Shown: one piece after another, positions 25,921-39,081 of the stretch | Layout: every line of letters begins with the position of its first letter | How positions within the stretch are numbered: the stretch's first letter is position 1 | Source: Paecilomyces variotii | Taxonomy: Eukaryota | Length of the DNA: 64,000 nucleotides | Direction: 5' to 3' (one strand) | NCBI GenBank assembly: GCA_004022145.1 | Contig: RCNU01000015.1 | Translations under genes and position numbers: made by a program | Notes under the pieces: generated by a model | What the model was told of the DNA's origin: nothing | The model's input: only the letters and a program-made list of their open reading frames with translations | The model's database searches: none

Positions 25921-26825
25921 TAGGATATAACTAGCAGCTAGGATCTCAATCTACATAATATAATATACATACCGGCGGAGCGGAGCGGAACCACATTCCC
26001 CGCCTACTGGACGAACAAAAAGAGTAAAGCAACGTATGTATATATCTGTAGCCACCAATAGTCTCTACTTTGATTAGTATGCAGTCTACAAAGTCTAGAA
26101 TTCTACAAGAGGCACCAGACACATGAGTACACCGAAGACACAATCCGTATATTATGTATGTACTGCAGCCTATCTCCGTTTGCTGATACGTATTCATATC
26201 CCAGTACATGCAAAAGGAAACTGCGTGTATTGTAGAAAAACAAAGAGAAAAGAAAAAAACAGTAGGAAGGGGAGGGTTTCATCGCGTATCAAGGTGAGAG
26301 TAGCGAAGTCGAAAAGGTAGGTGTATCTTGTATGCGTGTTTATAAGGCTCCGTGCGGTGATCATGTGCGCTGCAGCGGGAAGAAGAGAAAAGGACCCAAG
26401 TGGGAAAAAAGAAAAAGAGAAAGAAAGGAAACAATAAGCCCCAGGCTTGTACCAGTAAAGAAAGCCATTCACAAAGAGTTATGCGTGTATGTTATGTGCT
26501 CGACCTCTTTTCCGCCGTGTGTTTTCTTGCTCCTTAGACTCTACCAGATCCCATTTACATGATAGGCAGGGACAAGATCCCGACAAGATCGCCCTATATG
26601 AAATAGTCATAGTAGGAACGGAATATAGGGAAAGTGGGTCTGGGGTTGTTGCGTGTGTAGAAAAAACAAGGAAAAACGCAAAAACCAGGGAAAAAATAGT
26701 AGCTGCGCGGAAAAGGAATCCAGACAAATTGTGGTCCGACCACCTCGTATATGCCGACCGTTTTCTCATGACGGGCCCGTGTGAACCACTCATATCGTTG
26801 AATTGACGGGCTTCCACCGCTGCCG

Positions 26826-26853
26826 TGTTGTTGTTGTTGTTGTTGTTGTTGTT
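26826..26853. repeat. (TTG)n microsatellite
   Basis: tgttgttgttgttgttgttgttgttgtt read directly. Confidence 0.9.
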
Positions 26854-27550
26854 AGAGCTCGGGCTGGCAGATGTAGTAGCGATCACGGAAAGAGCAGGAT
26901 ATATTTTTCGTTTCCTTTCTCGTTTCCAGTTCGGTTATCTGCCCTTCTTGTTCATTTGATGCCTCCTTTTTTGTCTTTGCATCTTATCTCTCTTTTTACT
27001 TTTTCTTCGGCGTTTCCTATTTCTCTCTTTTGCATCCAGCAATTTTGTATCTGTTATCAACGATAACTCGATGGACTGTGATTCAGTAACCTTTTGCCTC
27101 ATACCAGGAAGACATTGGCCATCTGCTCCGGACCATCTTGTGATGCTAGACAGTCTCCGTATCACAGTTATATCAGAAATATAGTACTGTAGAATGTCCC
27201 ATCCAACAGAAAACGACGACACGCCAGAAGAAAATCCAAGAGAATAGAGTAATTACAGAGGATAGAAGGAAAGGTGCTGGAAAGCATCAAATCATGTGGG
27301 GAGTTTCGTTTTCGTCACATCGCGGGCATCGGTGGTTCGAGAAAGGGAAAAAGAGATTAGAGAGATTTGTACTCCAAACGAGATATTGCAATCATCCACA
27401 GCGTCTTGTTCCTTTTGTATGGAAGCTTTCATCCTGTCCCCGTTGCCTTGGCCGTAGAATATGTTTGCGTTTGCATTCCGGATCAAGATTGGTATTAAGA
27501 AGAAGAAAAAAGGACGGTCACTCCGCGCGCTCTGTTTCCTCGAGGTTAGA

Positions 27551-30038
27551 TTACGCCTTTCTGCGACGTTTTCCACCACCACCATTCCCCTTACCTCCTT
27601 CAGAGTCAGGAAGATTCCTCGTAGAAAGCTGGGCGTTGTCATCTCTTGCGCCAGCAGGAGACGTCGACTCGCTATCAGTGAAGGTCTCCACGGCCCTGCC
27701 TGGTTCGTTCGTGTTGCGACGCGCAGCCGTGAAGCCCGAGGGTGTGCCACCAGCATGACCGTTTAGACCCGCGGCCTTGTTGTAATCCTGGTAGCCCTCG
27801 TAGTATGTAGACGGCGTAGCTTGAGAATCGTGGTTGGAGATAACATTTGCGTCATCGAAGAGGTCCGGTTCAGCTCCAGACGGGAGATTGTCGAAGCTGA
27901 ACAGATCGCTGGTGGGATCTGCGGAAGCGGGAACCGTCTGAGGCGGGGCCGCCGTTGACTCAGGGAAGTCGAGGCCACTCTTATCAATATCCGGAATCTC
28001 AGAGAAGTAATCGCTGTTGAATATCTGGTCAAGATCGAGCGATGGCTGGACCCCGTTGGCCTGTTCACCAATGCCCGGGATGGTACCAGTTGGGCTAAGC
28101 GGCTGCAGCAAATTGGTCAGATTCTGGACAGAGCGGTCCTGTTCGGCTTGCATCTTGGTGAGGTTATCGATCTCAGTGCGTGTGCTAGCAAGATGGTTGG
28201 CATAGTTCTGGGGCATTGGCGGCGGCGTGGGCGTGATCAAGGCGTTGTTGGACGAGGCTGTAACAGCCGGATCGGCCGAATTAGTCTCATTCATCATAAG
28301 TCGGATCATATCAGCACGTTGCTTCGGGGTTAGTGGGGAGTTACCGCCGGAACTCTCGAGGGAGGAGAGGACAGTAGGGAAGTCGGCCATAGTCGTAGCG
28401 GGGATACCATGGCGTGCGTTCGAGTTCTGGATGACGGACATGATGTCGCCCTGTGGCAATCGCTGGTTCGAATGCTGGCTCTGTTGAGACGCTCTTCGCT
28501 GCGGACTGTTGGCGTCAAACACTTCTTCGACGTGGCCGGACTGGGGTACGCTGGCTTGTCGGACGTGGGAAGGTCTGCGGGACTGATCAAAGGTCGTATG
28601 GGTAGCCGAGGGGGACAATGTATGCGCTCTGCTCGGACGGTCAAGTGCAACAGGGGGTGCTTTCAGCAGCAGTGGCTGTCTCTTCGCTGATCTCTGGCCG
28701 TCCGAACCGGGTATCTCGCCGTCAAAGCGGCTCAGGCTGTAGTCATCGCCAACATCAACCACATTGCCTTGGTCTTGAGGGATGGCGCCGACGAAAGGGT
28801 TGCCGATGCCCTGGCCACCATCCTGCAGACTGCGATTATAGACGGTGGCCAGAAACGTAAGAATGGCGTTGATGGAATTCTCATGGCGAGTATGCTGTTC
28901 CTGGAAGGTAGCGGCCTGGGCGTACAGTTGCTCATGCTCTCTTCGCAGCTTGCTGATCGTGCTCGAGATAATCTGCTGTTGCTGGCGGATGGCCTGGAGC
29001 TCGCGGTAGACACCGGCAAGTTGCTCCTTTTGCAGATAACCCGCGCCCGTCAGGGAGAGCTGTCCATGGGGTCTGGAGCGGTCGTTCTGCCCATGTGCAC
29101 CGTCTCCATACTCTTCACCTTCGTTCTCCTCACCATCGTCGGTTTTCGCGCGAGAGTGGCCTTTGCCAGACTTGGCTCCCTGTCCGGGAACATTCTTCGG
29201 CTTCTGGATCAGCCACAGAAGGTCGGGGTGGCCACGTTTGAAGTACGGGTTGGAATACTCGCTGGGGCTCTTATTCTTCCGTTCACTCGCCCGCATGGAG
29301 TTGTCCGATAGGCCGACTTTCTTGTGAAAACCATACATGTTCAGTTGGCGGACGAACGAGGCATAGTTGTTATGTTTGAACAACTCCGGTATCAGGGTCT
29401 TTGCGAACTCATCCTCATCTAGGACGATAAAAGAATTGCCATCATCCGACCATCTGATCAGGTCGGTATTTTTGGACTCGTCGAGAAAACTGTGATGTGG
29501 GAGTCAGCCATCCACTAACACGGTTCCGGGAAGTGCCCATGTTGGTGGGGGAGGGGAGGATTTACCTGCTTAGTTTCTGCACGAAAGGCGGAATTTGCTT
29601 TCTCTTGGCTTGAGCCTCTCTCTTGGCGATAAGCGCTCTCTGCTGCAATTCCGCCAGACTCTCTCCCCAGCCTCCGGTCTCCGAGACATTGCTGCCGTTG
29701 TGATCCATCAGCGGACTTTGCGGCTGATCGTATGACCGCGTTCTGCTGACGATCTGGCTCATGGATCGACGTGCCAGCTGGGTGGACGTCGGCGTGGCAG
29801 AGCCATCCTGAGACGAAACATAGCCTGCATTGTACGAGTTGATATCCGGGAAGACCGCCGGGTTCACTGCCGTAGGGCTCGTATTCTGGCCCCATTGGAG
29901 GAATTGGTCATTGGACAACTGAGGTCCTTGATTGGGAGAGTAGCCGGAGATCGAAGCCATCTGAGGATGCACGGCGGGAGACGCGCCAGGCGCAGGTCTC
30001 TTCCGGGTCATGCCCGGAGTCACATCTGTCACACCCAT
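27551..30038 (-). CDS. HSF1: Heat shock transcription factor; intron 29490-29565 (alternative start at 30011)
   Basis: HSF DNA-binding domain IPPFVQKL|SSFLD..LIRWS..FAKTLIPELFKHNNYASFVRQLNMYGFHK..YFKRGHPDLL; HR-A/B coiled coil; C-terminal KRRRK. Confidence 0.96.
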
Positions 30039-30061
30039 CGGTTCCGTGGAGGGCAATCTGA

Positions 30062-30123
30062 CTACCGATGGCAACGAATGATGGCGAGATGGGTGATAGA
30101 TGTGAGCAGAGGCTCACACTTAC
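30062..30123 (-). other. Putative 5'UTR intron of HSF1
   Basis: Minus strand: GTAAGT donor at 30123, GCTCAC branch-like site, TAG acceptor at 30062 (tandem CAG at 30058). Confidence 0.6.
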
Positions 30124-31491
30124 TCCCCGAAATCTCGATTTATTAACGTCGGGACGGCGATACTTGGTCCGAGCAACGGAAGTCAGAGGATGACCGGAAG
30201 AGAATGGGCGTTGCAAAGAGGACAAATACTGTCGAATCGACCTCGACGAAGTATTTGAAAGGCCGTCACGTCGTGAAGGGTCCGATTCGAGCTGTTGTCG
30301 CGATCCAGGGCCGGAGGACAAAGAGGACGTTCCTGTCAGACGGCGGAGAGCGGGCGCCGCGGATGGCGGAAAAGGCCTGCTGGCGCGGGGTCGCTGGGCC
30401 CTAGATGAACTAGAAGACGCCAAATGACTGTCAAGGGACAGACAGTAGGCAAATGTGCAACTTGCAGGCGCAGTGAGCGCGCGGCTACCCGATGAGGATG
30501 GACAGCGTCGATGGTGGCTAAGGATAGGAAACCCCCACGGCTCGATAGGCTCAATATTCGCCTAGCGGGATCAGGACGGGCAGAGAGCCACGGGGCTCAC
30601 GGCGCCAGACGAAGGCCAAGTGGGAGGTGACTCTGGGCGGAGGAAGGGAAGATCGGACAAAGCGGGAAACAGGAGGGCGGGATGGAGGACGGGATGGAGG
30701 GAGGAGATCAGAGATGTTTGGTGGTGGTGGTGGTGGTCAGTAGACGAGAAGATGTCTTTGCTGCTGCTTCTCTTCTTTCTTTGCGAACAACGGAAATCTC
30801 CAGATGCTTGGCGCGATGAGGTCAATCCGCCGCTAGATGGCCCGTGCGCTGCTGACTCATCCAACACGGCTCGTTCCCCACACCTGGCGCTGGTGACTAA
30901 GAAAGAATATACCATACACTTGTTGACTAGATATATTGGAACTCTTGGAATCAAATCAAAAAAAAAAAAAAAAAGGTACGGCAAGAACAAGAGACTCCCT
31001 GGGCCGTGGAGGTACAAGGATCTCGCTACCGCTGCTGGTCGACTCTGTTGGACTGGAATCTCTGGAACAGCGAGGGCGGCGGCCTAGGCTAGCCGAGTCC
31101 ACGACCACCTCCGTCGTCGTCATGCAAGAACCTACCTAACCTTCCCGGATCGCCGTATTATGATTATTTCCACGATCCTCCTACGCCAAAGAGCACTGCG
31201 CAACTCGACGAGAAGGACAGACGGTTATGAGAGCGCCAGTCCCAGTCGTGGAGATCGTCTTCTGCACTTTCTGCATCTTTTCCCTTTCCCCCTTTTTTCT
31301 TGTTCTTCTTCGCGATCGGGACCAGCTTGCCATTCTCTATTAGTCTACCACAAACCGTTGTCCGCACTGCAACAACTGTGTTCCTCGCGGTGCGGGAGTA
31401 ATAAATGTCTCCGACGCGGGAACGAGTCAAACTCTAATGATGATAATAATAATCGCTCACTCACTGCAACGTGTGACCTGGCGCTCAGCGG

Positions 31492-32579
31492 TCAAGAATC
31501 GTCCCGGATCAGAGTCTTGAAGCTAGCCAGCAGTTTCTGCCATGCGTCTGGTCGCTCTGTCGCATAGCGCTCCACTTGTTTCGGAGCCGCCAGGTCCTCC
31601 GCCATATGAACCGCGTTCGTGGTGCCATCCAGGACGGTGGTGTGTCCCAACCCCAAGATCAGGCAATACAGCGCAGCTGCCGTGCTGATACCGGCTTCCT
31701 GCGCCAGCATCGCAACCTCTGCGCTGCGTAGCAGCTGCGGATTTGCCGTCAAGGTCCAGAAGCTCTGGTAGATGATTCCATGTTCGCGGCAGAAGGCGCG
31801 CAGAGGGCCGTCGAACCGCGTCGTGGGGTAGAACCGGTTCTGGATAACAGCCGGCTTGATGCGCACCTGCGGGGACCTGTACAATTCTTCCAAAACGGCC
31901 AGTGTACAGTTGGAGAGTCCCAGATTGCGAATGCGGTGAGGGACATAGGTCTCGAGTGCTGCCCATGCCTCCAGCGTTTGGGTCATGGTGGGGAGCGGAG
32001 AATGTAGGAGAACCGTATCGATGTATGCCTGGTCATCCTCATCAACCTCTTCGCGAATTCGCAAATTATGCAGAGATGAACGGATGGAAGCGTGCACTTG
32101 ATCGGTGATCGAGGACGTCGGATCGTAAGGCATACGGAGCGGATCCTGGCCTTGGGCAGAGGTATACTTGGTTTGCACCTATATTCCCTCCCCCCGTAAG
32201 ATAAGGCCTGTCAGTGATGGTCCAACCCAGCGATTATGTTTTCACGCAGGAAACGGCTTAGCGGCGCGGTGCCGGAAAGGAGAGATCCCTCGACTCAATC
32301 TCGATTTCACTGGGTATTGTCCGAACCGGTACTCACGTATAAATCTTCTCGTCTCACGGTCTCTTCTCTGATTGCTTTTCGGATCCCAGCTCCCACCAGG
32401 TCTTCCTGGTAATGCTTAGGCTGGGCGGCCGTATCCACCGCGCGAAAGCCAGCGCTGAGGGCCTGGTGCACCAATTCAGCTGTTCGATCATGTTTCCAGG
32501 CAGTCCCGTAGATCAAAACGGGAATCGAGGCCGGCGCGGCGCCGTGGACAGCGCGCAAGGTGATTCTTTCCCACGACAT
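31492..32579 (-). CDS. Aldo-keto reductase; intron ~32179-32337
   Basis: LIYGTAWK, GFRAVDTAAQPKHY, REDLY|VQTKYT, DTVLLHSP, IRNLGLSN, PAVIQNRF and IIYQSFWTL. Confidence 0.92.
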
Positions 32580-35500
32580 GGTTTTTGGACTGCAGTACAG
32601 CGAGTCTTCCCGCGGGAGGGACGAAGCGATTATACACTGGAGAGATGCTGGTCAATGCTCTGGACACTAGAAGCGCAAGGAAGAACTATCAGCGCCGTCA
32701 CTTTTTGTTTCCTTTCTTTCTCCTTTTTACTGTTGAAAATGGAAAATTGACGGCAGAGGGAGAGCATCGAGAACACTGAGAGTATGTACCTGTCCGGTTA
32801 CGTCATGCTGGTCGGGGGAGCCGCCAAGACACGGCCAGGTCAGCAGGCTTGAATGAGCCTTTGAGAAGAAGAAAGAAGCCGCGAGAAGTCGGGAATTGTG
32901 GAGGAACTTCGATCAAAGCCCAACAGGCTCGCACGACGGGGTGTCTGGCGACTTCTTATACTCGCTGCTTGCCACTGAGTTACTTTGAAGCCTCCCGCTT
33001 GAGGCTGCAGGTGGTCGTCGTTACTTGATTAATCAGACCGGCAGTTAACTTTACATCGATGGATGTCTTCTTTCTAACTGATCACCCAGGCACACCTACC
33101 TGACTTTGTGCGACGGAAAAGCAGGATCCTCACCCCGTGAACCACGAGTTGCTTGCTTTGAATGTTCAAAAAGACGAGACCTACCGTCTATTCTACCTTG
33201 CACCACCAGTTACTGTTTCTCTGAGATTGGGTTCGTAACCGACTTTCTCCCATTCGTGGTGGGATAAACACAGATTTAGAATCCATCGGCTTCGTCTGCC
33301 GGCGGACACAGTCTCATTGGTCTCCAAATGCCGTGACGGGGCCCAGAACTCTAGCGAAGCGTGCGTTGCGGCCCGAAGCCCTTGAATTTGAGTTACGAAC
33401 TTACGATATAATAATCTCCCTCCTGGGGGCTCTCAACTCAACAATCACTACCGGTTTAACGTGTGCGTCGCCGTGGTTGAGGCCTCCACTGCCTGGGTCA
33501 CGCATCATTGTTTAGGAAAGCTCCCCATTATCAATTTATCAAGACCAGCTGAGCTCCCTGGGGAAAATAGTTGGACAGTCAAGTAGTCTAAACAGAGATG
33601 ATGTGGCACGACACGGCCCCTGGGGGTAGCAGTTGAAGCCCGTCCAATAATGACTTGGCATGGTTTTATACCAATAGTATAGGAGAAGGAGAAGAAAATA
33701 TAATTAGCATCTAACAGAGGAATAAAAGTCAGAGATGCAGAGCATGAATGACACTCTTTTGAATCATCCCGTTCAATTGAGATAATCCGCGAGATCTCTA
33801 GTTGATTAATTATGATTAATTACTCTAAGTAATAATTGCTCCAAGCACCCAGGGCCCAGGGGTAACATAAATTAACAGACCTGAACGTCACGGCCCCATG
33901 CTGCTACTTGTCTTAAATTAGGAGCGACCCTGGTCCATCTGAAGTCTTCCCAAGTGAATAATATGTAACAATAATATTACTCCGTAGGGTACTCCATAGT
34001 AGTAATTCCCAGACTGTATCATAGTAAGCTTCACGTCAATAATAATAATCAATAGGGGGCTCATCCCTGTTTCATAACTCTACCACAGGATCTTGGTCTG
34101 CTCCCGCAGTGGATTCCACAAGATGACGGCTCTCGCAATGCCCAACTCTTCTGGAACGCCGCCGGGGTACGTTAGCCTCCGACAGGAACGGGTGGCGCAT
34201 CCCCTCTTGTGGCTGAGAGGGAAAAGGGCGGACTACTGGGATCTCACTCGTCTCGTCTCAAATAACGGTCTCCGTCGAAATCCCCGTGGCAACGAACAGG
34301 ACGGTCATGAGGATCAAGGATGGCTCGGAGGCAAAAAAGCCCGCAGCTCGCTCGCTGGGAGCAACTTGTGGCACTTTGTGCGTTGTTGTCAATCATAATG
34401 ATCTGAAATACGAATGGGGTTGGATCTTCCCGTGCTTGTGTACAATAATGTACAGGAATAGACTATCTGGAGTCCCTGATGGTAACTAGAGACAGGTCCC
34501 TGGCAATGATACATTCAAACGAGTCATGAGGCGTATTCTATAGAGTCCAGTCGCTGAGCACGAGTCTCGGGATAGGCCAGAGTTGATTCATCATAATGCC
34601 CGGCTGACCATATCCCTGGGTCAGGGTAAAGCGATACAGTTTCCCGTGATTATTCTTCTTGTTCAATAGTTTCCCTAATAATAATAATCATGAACACTTT
34701 CAGGGGGCTCATGACTCGTCTGACCTTTCCGAATTCGAGTCTCAATTGGGCCAGTCCGTAGTAGTAGTTAGCAGTTCACCATCTATGATTATTATTATTA
34801 TTAATATTCAGTATTCTGCTAGTTCACTACGGAGTAGTTATCTATCCATCCTCCGTAACGCCCCGTGCGATAGGCCATCCGGTTGCCCGTTCGCAATCTG
34901 GCTACTACGAGTACGGAGTAACTACTAGAGTACGTACTTGCTCCTCCGAGTCGGTAAAGCACCCCCCTGAAGTTGCCCAGGACGCTGCGTTCTAGAGCAA
35001 CTTTACTGAGCAAGTTGCGCACCGCCGAAATGCGCCAGAAGGCCGAAAGACGCCGCCTTGGTGTCGCTGGTGGGCCGTTATCCAGGGGATGGCGTTTCCG
35101 GAAGCTTTGAAAAGGATTGTCTCCATCCGAATTCTGGGGACAGTCTATGCCGCATTCTGTATAGTTCCGGTCATAGTCCAATGCTGTCAGGGAGCTGGTT
35201 ACGCGGGCTTCACGTTGGAGACCGCTCTTTTGGGTTATTTGTCTTCTGCTTCGATCCCCGTCGCGTCCGTCCCGAGTAGTATCATCCCCGGCGTGTTTGG
35301 CTGTGACGAGCAGTAACAGAATAATAATATCATGCCTGCTAGATATCTGTCACTGCACACTCATTATTTCATTTATTCCCATCACATCACATCAGATAGA
35401 TGGATCGATCGATCGATAGACAGACAGACACACGGCCAGCCAGCTCAGTTGTCTCAGCAAGGATTATTATTATTCTTATTTACCTATTGCGCCAGCAGCA

Positions 35501-37112
35501 ACACCAGCCCGTCGACCGCGGACCCCCCGGGGGCAATTTCAACCTTCCCCTTTTGCCCCATCGGCGGATCATCTCTTCCGGTATCATCATCGACCAGCAC
35601 TGGAGATCACTACTAGATAGTTAGTTGTTGTCTGTCTGTAAGCCGTATCCACCCCGAGTGAGGCGGACAGGAGAGCTACTCGAGTTCACGGGGAGCGACG
35701 TCTTGGGAGACCTTCACCGTTCTGGCAATCGAAGATCAGCTCGTGCGGACCTCTGGATGCTGCGCGTCTAGTAGAGATTGGAGTCCCACCGTTAGTGGCT
35801 CTCTAAGCAGCTGGAGGCATTGGCCTTTCCCCCAAGACAGTTTAACGGACGGTTGAGTAGAAGGCCCGAAGAAGAAAACGACGAAGAGCCGGCGGGCCGG
35901 TCGCTGGGGGGAAGTCGAGTGCTCTTCACTAGACTAGATAGATAGTAGATAGTTAGTGATGATTTAGTTGGAGCAGTTAGAGCCTTTAGAGCAGTAGAGT
36001 ATGTAGATAGTTAATTTAGTAGTAAGAATAGTTAGTTAATATTCGAGCAGAGAGGCAAAGATACGATACTTGTCGGTCTGCCTGGACTGGCGCAAGCGTT
36101 GTTCGTGCTTTTTTTCCCACCGCCGCACTTCGCACTTCCTCAGCCACTTCTGCTCCCGCCTGGCTCGCCCAACGAGCGTCTGAATTTCTATCCCCTCCCA
36201 GTTCCAGTTCCAGTTCCATTTCCCATTTCCATTTCCCCCCCAAAAAGCCAACCCAAGACCAAACCTCATCCGTCCATCTTCCCTGACCTTCTTCTCCAGC
36301 TCTCCCATCGTCTCTCTCTTTTCTTTTCCCCCCCATTCCCATCCTCTTCTCCCCCCCCCTTTTCCCTCACCTTTGCCCTCCATCATATCCCTCTTGCTGC
36401 TAACGAAATCACCTCGTCTGCCGTTCCCGTCGATTTTCTCGACTCGTCCTGTGTTGGCGGGCCGCTGAAACGGACTCCCCAATTCTGCGTCGCGGTTTTT
36501 CAACTTCCGCTGGAACGGCCGTGTGTGTGTCTGGCCTGCCATTCGCATCTCCGCTACGGCACCACGATCCCAACCGGAGTAACGAAATTGGGTGTCTAAA
36601 CGAGGAGTCGTATTGAAATCGTTCTACTGGGTTCGCAACAGTCGGTGGTTTCAAGTCCAAAGACCGGACGCGCTGCTCCCGTGTGTATTGGGGGAGGAAA
36701 AAAAGTACGGTACATAGAAAGAAGGCCCAACATATGACTACGACCGTCACGACATCCTGTCTCTGGCGCCAGTAAGCGAAATCAGTTGTTGCTACTACTG
36801 CTGCTGCTGTTTTGCACGTCTTGTCTTGCAGCGGACCCTCGAGTATTCGGATCCCCGCCGTGATTTTCCTCTTTTTTTTTGCCGGGGTTTTTTAGAATTC
36901 CAGAATTCGTCCGCTTCCTAATCGCGTTTCGCTCACGACCACTCTGCTTCAATTTCCGTTTCACCGCGTTGTGACCCTATTGAATCGCTCGTATGCATCA
37001 CTAGCGATCGGCTGTTGTGATTAACTCCGTCGATCGTAACCTTACCTTTGAACCTCAAGCCTCCGATCACATTCCTCGCAACTCTCGCTAAGGTGCTGGA
37101 AACCCGTCGGTT

Positions 37113-38089
37113 ATGAACAACACATCGCCGTCCCAGGACATGTATCACGACAATCCTTCTGCACGCTCTCCGGGCTCCCAGCGTCACCAGCAGCCTCTGC
37201 ACCGTCAGCCTTCTCGTCAGTTTGACGCGTACGGTCCGATGCCGACCAACTTCTACGACGATCCCATGGCTCGTTACGACACGAGCAGGCTGGACAGGCT
37301 CAACCCATCGATCCCTAGCAACGCGTATGGGTATGATATCTCGGGTTCGCAGACGTGGAATCCAAATGGCTTCAGCGGTGCACACACGCTTGGGGGTATT
37401 GGCTCTGCAACATCCCGCATAAAGCACAATCCGCGAGGGAGGACGGGTCTGCCAACGGTATGTCGCTATCTCTAGAGAGTTTCTTTCCTCGCGTGGTTTT
37501 GTGAACGTGTATTGCTGACACTTTGAACCAGACATGGCTTGACCAGCAGCCTGGTCTCATGGGTCCCTTTGGCAGTCTCCCCCCGGGTCCCCTTCAGGGA
37601 TCGCAGATGCGACAGGAATCTTCGCAGCAGGAGGCTGACGACGAGTTGATCCCCACCGCCATAGTGATCAAGAATATCCCATTTGCTGTGAAGAAGGAGC
37701 AGCTGGTCCAGTTGATGACAGAGATGAACCTGCCTCTCCCTTACGCCTTCAACTACCACTTCGACAATGGCGTCTTCAGGGGACTGGCTTTCGCCAACTT
37801 CACGTCTGCGGAAGAGACTGCTACCGTGATTGAAGTGCTCAACCATTTCGAGCTGCAGGGCCGAAAGCTGAGGGTGGAATACAAGAAGATGCTACCCCTT
37901 CAGGAGCGTGAGCGTATTGAACGGGAAAAGCGCGAGCGCAGAGGCCAGCTGGAGGAACAGCACCGACCGATGGCGAACTCCCAGCTGCAGAGTCAGAACT
38001 CGATGTCCTCGCTCACCTCTCATATTCCGGCAACTTCCCCGTCTCCGGTCTCTCAGCGGGGCCCGAAGCTTGGTAAGTCTGGATTCTTT

Positions 38090-38120
<31 letters not shown>

Positions 38121-39081
38121 ATAAATTAAGATGGATGCTGACTACCGTCCAGAAGTCGATCTGAATGACAGCCAGACCTTGCAGTTCTATTCGCAGCTTC
38201 TCTTGTTCAAGGAAGACTTGAGCCGGGAAGCTTTGATTTTCCCTGCCTCCATCACTCCGTTGCAGCGTCGCACTGTACATACTCTGGCGCACAATATGGG
38301 TCTGGGACACGCATCCCGGGGTTCTGGAGAGCAGCGTCAGGTTCATGTCTTCAGGGCTGCTCCTGGTACCAATACCAGCCCTCCCCTCTCTTCGATCCCA
38401 CCGACGGTGCACTCTGCGGATGCCTCTCGTCGCGGTCTCAACCGCGCTGCCACGATCGACTTCAGCGAAGCTCGAAGCGACGCTCCGTTTGGCGCGCTCC
38501 GGGGACAGAACTCTGGGTTCCTCGGTGTCCTAGATTCCCCTGGAGGTTTTGGAAATGCCCAGAATCTGCGGGCCGCCAAGTCTTTTGCAGACCTGCGCTC
38601 CTACACTCCCTCTCCCGTACCTTCCTCTGCCAGCTTCCCCGCTGCTCTTCAGTCGAATGGAGCCCGTCTGCAGCAATTCGATGGACCGACGAGCGGCGCT
38701 TCTAACACTCCCACTTTGACATCCGCTCCGTCCGGGTCATCCTTGGGCCTGCAGCGGGATGACAATCTGCTGGTCAACAGCTTGAGTGGTCTGTCGCTCG
38801 GAACCGGAATTGGAGGCCCTCCTTCGGGTAGCCCTCGCAGATTGCGAGGCATGTTCTCCTGGGAGCAGCAGGATAACCAACCATCGACTGGCCCCATTGG
38901 CAGCAACCGCTCTATTGGAGTTGGTTTTGACAACCAGTCCCAGGAGCGCATGCCCGTGAGACAGCCTCGGGGCCCGGCCCCCGAACGCGGAACTGGATTC
39001 AGACGTCAGAATGGTGGGCACCAGAGTCGCGGTAGTGACGAGCTCCGTGCTAATTCCGGCGTGGAGATAATTGTTGAATAA
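37113..39081 (+). CDS. RRM + R3H RNA-binding protein (Pin4/Cip2-like); introns 37458-37531 and 38073-38152
   Basis: IPTAIVIKNIPFAVKKE..LPYAFNYHFDNGVFRGLAFANF..LRVEYKKMLP (Pin4/Cip2 RRM); R3H QRRTVHTLAHNMGLGH.S.G. Confidence 0.92.
38091..38120. repeat. C30 homopolymer inside intron 2 of the Pin4/Cip2-like gene
   Basis: 30 consecutive C read directly. Confidence 0.9.

Noticed and set aside
29908-30561. Non-AUG N-terminal extension of HSF1 via the leader intron
   Set aside because: The donor is phase 0 in the open frame, but both acceptors (30062, 30058) are out of phase with the HSF1 frame, and the frames that would join contain nearby stops.
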